Of a stretch of DNA of 35,721 bases, positions 21,608-31,658 are shown one piece after another (the first letter of the stretch is position 1; the number at the start of each line of letters is the position of its first letter). The notes beneath the pieces are model-generated. The model was not told where the DNA came from, did not search any database, and saw only the letters and a program-made list of their open reading frames with translations. Source of the stretch: Spirogloea muscicola. Lineage: Eukaryota. The stretch lies in assembly GCA_009602725.1 (NCBI GenBank), contig WELB01000030.1, positions 143,381 to 179,101 on the forward strand. Direction: 5' to 3'. Made by a program: the position numbers and the translations under genes.

Positions 21608-23922
21608 TCAATTCATCTCGACTGTATCATCTTTCTGCTCCAATAGGCCTCGTATCTTCACATCGTACAACACCTCCTCTACTCTCTTCAAGTCGTACTT
21701 CAATCCTACAGCATTTTGCAAAGAGAAGCAGAGTACAAACATATGTACATATCAAGGAGGACTGCATATGGCATGGCAGCCGAGAAGACAGTGTGCATCG
21801 GTGAGCTTGATGTGTCAGTAGGCTACAACACCTCATGCCCATGATCACGGATGGCAGACTAGAGATCTCATCGTCAATTCCCCGGGATATCTCCGCAGCT
21901 TCGATTCAAGCTAAAGTATGTCTTGGAGCAGCTCTACTGGCAGCAGGAAGGAAGAAGATCAATACCATCAAAGCGCTTGCGAAGGAAGTCATTGCGAAGG
22001 TTGAGGAGGCGGAAGGCTGCAAAGAGCTCGCTCAGGAAGGATGAGACGCGTCTGGGGCAGTCATAGTCACCAGCCGTCACCTGGTTGACCACATACCTCG
22101 GCTGCAACAAGCAGAGGTATACATAAGGAGTCACGCAGGATGACATACCGAAGCAGTACAGGCTACTGCGGTATGTCATTTGACATGTGCATAGCTAGCC
22201 AGAGTGCAAGGGTGTCTGATGAGAACATTGTTTGAGCGAAGATCAGACCATCAAATATAGACAACTTTCTTGTGGTGCAGCTGCTTCTGTCTCCGGATAC
22301 AAGTCTTGTGCTGCTTCAGCAGCACAACGTTCTCGAGGACTTGAAGTAAAATTGAGCATGGCGGTGTATGGGCAACAAGTAGCATGAACAAGGACCGCCG
22401 GCCCCTGGGACTGGACCGCCAGCTGACCATCTCATTGGAGACGCTGCAGACACCTGCTCGCGGCCAGAGCACAAGGAATTGAGCTTAATGCCTGTAACAT
22501 ATACCATAAAGAGCCAGCCATGCTTTTTGCAATCGCGAGCATTTATGCTGTTTTCATCTATCTCCAAGTGGCGGATGAGGTTTGAGAATGCAAGAGTCAG
22601 GTTCGGATGAGTGCGTACCAAGCAGGTAGTCTTCCAAGTCCAAGGGAAACTCTGGAGTCACTGCCACATCGGGCTTCAGAGCCCGTCACAGAGCACGAGA
22701 GCACATCAGAGCCCGGCTCCCAGCTCGCACTACGAGCTAGGAAAACTCATCAGAGCTTAGGACCTCATTTGATCAGTAAATCAGAAAATCCACTGGCAAT
22801 CTCGAGACCTGCAGGTCTTCGCAAAGCAATGCTCACATCCCAGGCGCTCCTGCAGCTCCTGGTGCGAGTGGAGGGAGCCCGTGCGGAGCCAGCCGATGAA
22901 CGCCAGCAAGAAGACGGCCGTCTGCGTCTGGTGCCTCCAGTGGTCGTGGTATCTGTGATGACGCCGGTTGCCCAACGTCAGTGCTCGTGAAACCAAGCAC
23001 AGCTATGCTCGTCTCGCTATCTCGGACCTGCGCCCGGCAAGCTCGGGCGAGGTTCAGGGCGCCTCTTGCAAACGGTGGCATTCGCGATGGCGGTCATGAC
23101 AAGAGGTTTCGTCGTGCGCTGGCCCAACGGTTGAGCATAGCACTGCCGGCTCCCGCTGCGACGTCCTGGGAGCGCAGCTTCGAGACTGGGGGCGGCGGCA
23201 TGGCCGCTTTCCCGGTGCGGCGACGTCAACGGGCTCGCTCCCAGAGCGGGAGCTCGGCAGCCAGCATCGGACCTGTAGAACTGGCCAGGGCGGTCAGCCA
23301 TGATGGCGGCCAGCTCGGCGTAGACGCCGCGCAGCTCCGGGAGGTGGGCCTCGGCGCGCTCCAGCGCCTGCGCGGCTGCCAGCGCCACCGCCGCGGCCGT
23401 CAGCAGCGACCGCCCATTGCGCGCGTCTGAACCCTGAGTCCTGATCCTAACCCCAAACCCAAGAGGCCGAGGGCGAGGCCGAGCGGCTGCGAAGCTCCGC
23501 GGAGCAGCCATGGCGGCCCTCCACTCCATGGACTGAGCTACACCTAAACCCCAAACCCTGGACCCATGACGTGCCGAGGAGATGGCGTGTGTACTGGGTG
23601 ACGGAGGACCTGAGTGGCCAAGTCCACTGGCAAGCACAGAGACAGGTGCACATCTCCTGCTGCTGAACTGACCTGCTCAGTGACCACGAGACGGCACGTA
23701 GAGGCCGCTGACCGATGCCCGAGTACCAGACGGGAACTGGGCTCACCGGCGGGCGGCGCGGCGCCGTGGACGGGCAGCAGCGCCGAGTGCATGCGCCGCG
23801 CGGCGTCCTCCAGGCGCGAGGCCACGTCTCGCAGCCGCTCCTTGACGGCGCTCGCCGCCTCCAGCTGCGCCCGGAAGGACGCGAACAGCGCCGCGATCTC
23901 GTCGCCGCCGCCGCCGCCGCCG
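21608..23922 (-). CDS. TSN: Translin, the non-catalytic C3PO subunit; 7 exons; start codon missing at a (GCC)n junction
   Basis: Spliced translation: LFASFRAQLEAASAVKERLR, GQFYRYHDHWRHQTQTAVFLLAFIGWL, EFPLDLEDYLLGVCSVSNEMPRYVVNQVTAGDYDCP, FRLLNLRNDFLRKRFDGLKYDLKRVEEVLYDVKIRGL, stop at 21608-21610. Confidence 0.96.
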
Positions 23923-24910
23923 CCTCAGGCGGCGTGGATGGTGCCAACGCCGCCAGCGCCAAGTACGAGGTTAGCCTGGCCCTGGCGCTGCCACGCAAGC
24001 TGCTGCGCTGCCTTAGTGCTGAGGCTCTAGCCAACTGAAGTCCTCGCATGGCAGCCTCGCTATGGCCGGTCTTCCAAGTGAGGAGGCCCGGCTCCCGTCC
24101 TGCTGCCGCTCGCTCAGCCCGTGCACGCCCCTGGCTGGCGGGCGCTGCTGCTGCAGTTCCTGGACGAGCATGGGGAGGTGGAGGTGCGCGTGAGGCTGCC
24201 GGCCGACACGGCACGCTGTCGCGTGGCGGTGGACACTCAGGACGACTCCCTCATCGTCGCCGCGGCACCGCCAGCAGACGGTGGCGGGGGCGACGGCGCC
24301 GGCAGTGCTTCGGCGCAGGGGTTTCCGTTGCCGCTGCTCGTGGCGCGACCACTCTACGATCGCGTCCTGCCTGCTGAGACAGTGTGGTGAGGCTGTCATG
24401 ACGTTTTCCGAAACCCTGATCTAAACCCTCCCTCAAAACCTTCCCTCTAAACCCTACTCCTAAATCCTTTACCCTTAACAGTAACCCTCCGGCCCGGTAT
24501 TATGGTGTAAGGCTTGAGCACAAAAAGCTTCAGCATTTGTGCTCAAGCCTTACCGACCAGGTTGAATTTTTTCAGGGTTCTAGAGTTTAAGGACTTATGG
24601 TCCAGATTGCTTGTAAGTGTTCGATTAGGGTCAAGGCTTGCAGGCTCCGCGCTGCAGGCGACTCAAGCCAGCGTGTGGTGCACCCTGGCTGCTTTGTCGC
24701 GAGGCTTAGGTTCCTTGACGAGGACGAGGGCGAGGTCGTGGTGAGCCTCCGAAAGGTGCAGCCCGGCAAGCCATGGCCGGCGCTGGTGCAGGAGTGGGCG
24801 GCTCTCGTTCGTGGCATGGGGCGCACGCTAGCCGGCACCTCAATCTACATTGTCGGCGCTGATAGCGCAGCCAGCTGGGCAGTTGCTTGCGAGCTCGCCG
24901 GCGGCCTCCA
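23906..24910 (+). CDS. SKL2: Shikimate kinase-like 2 (CS/p23-like domain plus start of the kinase-like domain), partial at both ends
   Basis: Exons about 23906-23969, 24157-24386 and 24710-24910: KYE-FLDEHGEVEVRVRL...LYDRVLPAETVW-FLDEDEGEVVVSLRK...WPALVQEWAALVRGMGRTLAGTSIYIVG...VACELAGGL, which matches plant SKL2 as recalled from memory. Confidence 0.85.
24410..24632. repeat. Degenerate telomere-type motifs (AAACCCT, then AGGGTT/TTAGGG) in an SKL2 intron
   Basis: aaaccctgatctaaaccctccctcaaaaccttccctctaaaccctactcctaaatcc...taaccct (24410-24488), then cagggttctagagtttaagg and gattagggtc (24573-24632). Confidence 0.65.
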
Positions 24911-25075
24911 GTTGAGCCCCCTTGGCCTGCACCTGCATCTTTCAAGGTCCAGGGCCTAATGGTTAGATGTGACGTTTAGAGCTTCATAAGCTGTGTCTGT
25001 CAATCGTCAAAGTTGAGCTTGGGGATTGTGTGAGTGGAATACAGCTTTTCAGTACAGAGATGCTCAAGTTTCAGN

Positions 25076-28000
25076 CGTACGCCGCGGCCGCGCCGCCTCT
25101 GTACCAGGGCGGCATGGACCCCAGCGCCGCAGTGCGGCAACCCCTGCTCGACGGCCACGGGCCCGCGCCGCCGCCCCTGGGGGGCCAGCCGGGTACGGCA
25201 GCGGGAGCCTACGACGCAGCGGCGGACGACGGCTGCCAGTTCCTGGAGGTCGTCCCATCGCCGGGCTCTGCTGCCGGGGGGCTGAACGTCTTCGCCCTGC
25301 CCCGGCCGACCGACAGCCCGGACGTCGCGCCGAGCACTGGCGCCGGCAACTGCGACGCCCGCTTCGTGCGCATGACCACCAACGTGATGCCCAACTCCGA
25401 GAGCCTCCGGCGGCGGTGGCACCCCCCGCTTGGCGCAGTCATCCACCCCCTCGCCAAGATGCCAACTGGGGTATGGTGCTGCTCCTCCTCTCTCCTCTGC
25501 GAATGCAGCCGCTGTCATCCACGACTCGCTCGCACTGGTGGGAGGAGGAGGGCTAGCGCATGCCCTGGATACCTGCTGCGATGGCTCTGTCAAGCTTATA
25601 TGAATCCCCATGGCTGTCTGTGCACGCCTGCTGGCCTTCGAGAGCAACAGTTTAGTGAATTGACAAGGGACACCCAGCTTCTTGGATGGTCAGGGTTTAG
25701 CTGGTGGTGCTGTCGAGGTTTAGAGGTTTGGAGGTTCGTTTCAAGGTTTTGGAGTACAGGTCCTGAGGGTTATTGCAGTTAAGCTGTTGCCCACAAGCTG
25801 TCGTTTGTTGTTCTGTTTCTCCAGGAGGACGTCCCGGTGGCCAATCCCGGAGGAGGCGGCATCGTCCGCTGCCGCCGGTGCCGGACGTACGTCAACCCCT
25901 ACGTGGAATTCACCGACGCCGGCGCCGCTGGAAGTGCAACGTCTGCGGGCTCCTCAACGAGGGTGAGAGCTGCTCCCTGTCTGTAGTGCTTCGCTTTGTC
26001 ACCTCGTGTAGAGTCACTGAATCACGAGCGCCGTACTTGATGTCGAACTTGCATTGGCTTGCCTTCTTTGTTTGAAAGGAGAAGCGATCAGACAAGCTTG
26101 GTTGTCTGCTCCATCCTGATGTCAGCCTGTCATGTATGACGTGGGCCTGCACTTTTGAGGCTGGTCTCATATGAGACAAAATGTTGACAAGTGGTTGGGG
26201 CTTTAGCTGAGCGACCAACTCAGACATATCTGGTAGGGGTTGTATCATTCAAGCCCCTTGACCTGTTGACATTATCTTTATCAAAACCCTGATACCAATG
26301 CGAATGTCTTCATGTTTATGTTTATCAGTGCCAGCGGACTATTTCTGTCCATTGGATCCTTCCGGACGAAGGAGGGACGCCGAGGAGCGGCCTGAGTTGG
26401 CCAAAGGCAGCGTGGAGTTCATTGCCTCTGCCGATTACATGGTCCGCCCACCGATGCCTCCCGTGTACTTCTTCCTCATTGACGTCTCCTTCTTCTCGGT
26501 GGTTTCCGGCATGCTGCAGGTACTGCTTCCCACCACACCAATCTGCTTCTCTGCCTTGCCGCAAGTGGTGCTCCTTTGATTGATCCCATATATCAGCAGG
26601 GCCACAAGCCAATCTGGACGTTTGTGCAGTGCATGCTGCAGAGCTGTCTTCTGAAGAGTCAGAGGTGTGGAATCTAGAGCTAAAAAGTAGCTTGCAGTAC
26701 AGGATAATATGTCGATGAATATATCGAACTTCAAGTAACCCAGGCTGATGTAGTCACTGGTCGACATTGGTGAGTATTCTGGTATCAATTCGTTTGCTAT
26801 GGATGTGCAGGTGACTGTGGACACAATAAAGGCCTGCCTCAAGAAACTTCCAGGTGACTCGAGGACGCAGATTGGCTTCCTCGCAGTGGACTCCTCCCTC
26901 CATTTCTTCAACCTCAAGGCCTCCCTCAGCCAGCCCCAGCTCATGGTTGTGGCGGACCTTGAGGAGCCCTTCCTGCCGCTACCAGACGACCTCCTGGTCA
27001 ATCTGTCGGAGTCGCAGGGCGTAGTGGAAACGCTACTGGACTCGATGCCAGCTATCTATGCTGCCAACACCAATCCTGACTCGGCACTGGGACCCGCCAT
27101 CAAGGCAGCTTACCTGATTCTGGTGTGAGATACAGTCCTGCAGTGTGTGCCAAACTCAATTAGACCAGCAATACTATGCAAACATTGTCGTTTATCCCAT
27201 GTTGATGAATCTCATATCGAACAAACACTTCATGTATGCCTGACCTCAGCACTTGTCTTGGCTTTTGTATGTTTCAGAGTCAGCTGGGTGGCAAGTTGAT
27301 GATATTCCAGAGCACATTGCCTTCATTGGGGCCCGGCCGACTGAAGCTTCGGGGCGAGGATGCACGCGTCTATGGGACTGACAGGGAGCACATCCTCAGG
27401 ACAGCGGAGGATCCATTCTACAAGCAGATGGCTGCAGACCTCTCACGAGTCCAAATCTGCGTCGACGTTTTTGCCTTCTCCGACCACTATACTGACATTG
27501 CCAGTCTTGGTGAGGTGCAAATAAGCAAAAGGCACGTAGGGCTTGCTTGTGCACTGAACATTACAAGCTTGCTCAATGACTCATTCATGTGTTCTTTGAG
27601 ATCACATTAGTACTGATGTCATGATCACAGTCATGTGACCTCAGTGTTGCTAATTGTGTTACGTGCTCTACTGGTTTACCTCAACAGGCACACTGGCAAG
27701 ATATACAGGCGGGCAAGTCAACCACTACCCTGGTTTCAGGATTGGCAGGGACGGGGACAAGTTCAGCCGGGAATTTGCACGGGTACTCGTTCGTGAGACG
27801 GGGTGGGAAGCTGTTATGCGGATACGGTGCGGCAAAGGTAATTATAGGCGGGCATTTATTACTCACCCACGTGCCTTTTTGAGTGGTAGGACCCATGTGC
27901 CTTTTTGAGTGGTAGGTCCCTTTTGTTGCAGAGAGCAATGCCACGATGACTATGTCACTCAGTCTGACTGCATGCTCCGTGTCTGTGCAGGGCTGAAGAT

Positions 28001-29968
28001 TTCCAGTTTTCACGGCCACTTCTTCATCAGAAGTACAGACCTTCTGGCAATGCCAGCCGTCGACTGCGACAAGGCCTTTGCAATCCAGATTTCTCACGAG
28101 GAAACGTTGCTGACGACCCCAACAGTATACCTACAAGCTGCCCTCCTGTATGGCCGAGCTACCCTGCTACTTTTCACGATCTCAGATACCCTGCTGATGT
28201 CGCAGAATGCGCAAGTGTATGTCTCAATGGCACAGAACAGAATTTGACATACTTCTATCACTTCAGCCTGTCCACTTTATTATCTGAATGAATGTGCTTC
28301 ACAACTCACATAGTGTTTGATGCCACGTACATACAGGTACACCTCATCCTCTGGTGAGAGGAGGATTCGTGTACACACAATGGCTATCCCGGTGGTTGCA
28401 GACCTCGGAGAAATGTATCGGGCTGCTGATGCCGCAGCAATCACCGCTGTCATGTCAAAACTTGGTGGGTCCATCTACCTCCTCATGCCTATGACAAATT
28501 TCATCATCAATAATCGGCAGGGCTCATCAGAGGCCCGGTGTGCAGTAAAGAGGCAAGATTGCAATGGAAGCCATCGCTGGCTGGCTAACAGCCTGACTTT
28601 GTGCATTGCAGCCATTGAGAGGTGCCTCACAAGCCGCCTGGAGGATGCGAGGCAGATGGTCCAGACCAAGTGCATACAGGCCTTACGAGAGTACCGTGGG
28701 CTGCGCCACCCGCGGTACTCGAACAGAGGAGGCGTGCTTCTGTTCCCTGAGAGCCTGAAGCTCTACCCGCTCTTCTCACTGGCGCTCTGCAAGACGTCTG
28801 TCCTGCGAGGTGGCTTCCAGGAAGTGCCCATTGATGAGAGGTCGGCTGCCCTTTTTGAGATGATGAACATGCCAGTCCACCGATTGCTGAAATACCTTTA
28901 CCCCTCATTCATGCGGATTGACGACATGGACGCTGATGTAAGATACTACACTCACCAGACCCAATATCAGCTAGTCTTACATGACACATGAATCTTGCTT
29001 AACCTTGGCTGGCGCAGGCCTTGTTGGGCTGTGATTTGATGGTAAGTATAGCCAGCATGTTGGCTTATCAGCACACTAAGTGGACGCCAGGTGTAACCAA
29101 ATATAAGTTGCTTCTGATGGCAGCATTTGCTGATGCCACACGGATTGCAGCGCAACATAGTACCAACCTTTGCTTAACCTCAGCTTTTCAAAGGCTCCAG
29201 CAGCTTTACATCTGAAGCAGTAGCCAGCATCTAGGCTCATTACTCAAATCGTGCAGGCCAGCACCATTGCTTCACTGGCTCACTTGCTGATGTGAACAAC
29301 CTGCGTGGCAGTGTGGCAAGGTCATCGATGGTTTGGTCAAGATGCCCCGTGTGCTCCCTCTCATCAGTAAGCTGCTGGATGGGGCCGGGGCCTACCTCCT
29401 GGATGATGGGTTGCGGATTATATTGTGGCTAGGGCGGGAGCTCCCGCCTCAGTTTCAGGAGCGATTGCTTGGGCCAGCCGCTGGCATTCCGAATCTCAGC
29501 CAGGTGAGTCGCCTGGCTCTTTGAGGAGCATCTTGACCTGAACTCCTTGGATGGGGCCCTTGTTGTGCCAAATGTCCACATTGCAAATGAATGTTCCAAC
29601 TTTGTGATATATGGAATTCTGCCCTCAATGATTTGTTGTACAATGAGCATGCTTGTCAAAACGGAATGGTAGTTCTCCGACATGATCCAGCTTGAGCACA
29701 TACTAACAGCTGTCATACCCCCTGCTGGCTGCCCAAGCAGGTCCCCGTGATTCCTCAGGACAACCCTCTGTCTCGGCAGGTCTTTGCCATAATGGAGGAG
29801 CTGAGGCGGGAGAACCCCGTCTACCAGCAAGTGATGGCCATCCGGCAAGGCGAGTCAAGCAGGGAACTGCTTCTCTATCACAACATGGTGGAGGACCGCA
29901 GCGCAGCAGGTCTGAGCTATGAGGAGTTCATGAGACATGTGTACAATCAAGTCCAAGCGAGGGCCTGA
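25076..29968 (+). CDS. SEC24: COPII Sec24, A/B type; 5' partial (starts at a gap); apparent 1-nt frameshift at about 25921
   Basis: [17 protein letters not shown], zinc finger [14 protein letters not shown]...[99 protein letters not shown] and end [28 protein letters not shown]. Confidence 0.95.
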
Positions 29969-31064
29969 GGCATGTCCCTGGCCTTGGCTCAAGCTCCATT
30001 GAGACGGCTGAGTGCCGAAGAGGGCACCCCAAAGCAGGGGTGACCTCTCTCCTCAGATTTGGGCACCTTAAATCATGCCCGCTGGTTCGGTCCAGCTCCT
30101 CGGTTGTGCTCTACGGGTGCACTTTGACGAGGGTTGCGAGATTGGGTTGCTACATCACGCACTTAAGTTTGCACTGGCACAGTGCATCTTGTGGTACCAA
30201 TGCCACATCAACTGAATGCATTGGGGCCTGACATCATAGCCTGACTCAATAATTGGAGGGTCAACATGCGCAGCAGCAACATAGAGTTGTGTATAGATTC
30301 ACATCTTGACATCCCATCTGGGCAAGAAGAAGCTGATTAATGTGTGACAGGGTGGAGGATGTAAGTCTGCGCATAATCATTTGTCAACAAGCTAACAAGA
30401 TACATTGACAAGCCTCCTACTCTACCAAATAGATCTGCAGTCCTTCACCATTGCAGACTAGTTGACTGAGACAGGATAAACAGCCAATGTGTCCTCTAAC
30501 AGCTCAGTTTGTAGATAAAAGCAACACCCAGTGGCCTGTGACGTGAATGAGAGCTTTAGCTTGTGACGTGCTCAAATGCGTCCTTCTTTAGCACTCCCCT
30601 GGCGGTCCAACTCGACAGCTACTAATCAGGACAAATATAGAATGGCACGCAACTTGCAAATGACCAGATGCAAGACTGCTTCCTCCATGCCTTCTCCAGA
30701 AACGCTCCAAAGACCACGACACTGATGCGTTGACCTACAGATACATAGATCTCCTTGCGAGTGCAAAGCATGCGCATTTGCATGAATAGTAGATAGACCC
30801 ACATGGCAGGCCACAACAAGCCGTTATCTGACCAAGCAGGATCAATGGAGTCAAGGCAGCATGAGGCTCCATAGACTCTTGGCAGCGAGCCTGTACGGCG
30901 CGCGCAGCGAGACGGGCGCCGCCCAAATCAATGATGATTGTTACGCCAGCAGCCAATGGTAGCTGCTGCAGCAGAGACACACTTCGACCCCGCTATGATG
31001 GCCGTATCTGGTTTGTGCCATCTGACCTCAAGCAACACAAGTTAATGGGGGCTGCGTGGCAAGC

Positions 31065-31381
31065 CTAGTCCTCGTAAGTGCGGCACTCGTCAGCCTCGGG
31101 GGAGTCCTGGCAGAACTTCTCGAGCGGGTCGGACGCCTCGGGGCTCTTGGCCCGCAGCCGCTCGTCCGCGAGCGTGGCCGACACCTCCTCCACCTCGTCC
31201 CAGGCGGCGGCGCACTCCCCGTCCTGCGTCGGGTGCGCGCACGCCTCCTCCGCGTCCGAGATCATCTTCTGGATGTCCACCTTGCTCGGCGGCGGGCTGG
31301 CCATGGCCACCACGGCGCGGCGCAGGCGCCGCGGCGCCGGAGCGGCCCACCGGGCGGCAGCGCGGGCGCCGGCGGCGGCGG
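31065..31381 (-). CDS. CP12: Calvin-cycle regulatory protein CP12; single exon; true start or transit peptide truncated
   Basis: EEACAHPTQDGECAAAWDEVEEVSA...SDPLEKFCQDSPEADECRTYED* has the AWDxVEE core and both Cys pairs. An Arg/Ala-rich transit-like stretch precedes an in-frame ATG at 31304. Confidence 0.95.
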
Positions 31382-31573
31382 TGCAACTTTCGATGCAGGT
31401 ATCCTGGCCTGCACAGCGGCCCTGGTCCAACACCCGGCCTTCCTGGAGACGCCGGCTGCTGTGCACCAGGCCTCCCTGCCTGTGAGCCGAGGGGGTCTGG
31501 GCTGCCGCCCGCTGGCTCGTGCCTGCCGGGCAGCACACCTGGGGAGTTGGGCGCAGGTTGCGGCTTCGGTGGC
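31382..31573 (+). mobile_element. CRE-like reverse-transcriptase C-terminal fragment
   Basis: FDAGILACTAALVQHPAFLETPAAVHQASLPVSRGGLGCRPLARACRAAHLGSW carries the LPxxxGGLG motif typical of the post-RT (thumb) region of non-LTR elements. It ends at the nnn gap. Confidence 0.7.
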
Positions 31574-31658
31574 NNNGGGGGGGGGGGGGCGGGCGGGGGG
31601 GGGGGGGGGGGGGGGGGGGCGGCGACGACGTCGTCGTCGTCGCCGTTCCGCTGGCTCC

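Noticed and set aside
30000..31050. Short ORFs between Sec24A and CP12
   Set aside because: No recognisable homology. Consistent with convergent 3' UTRs.
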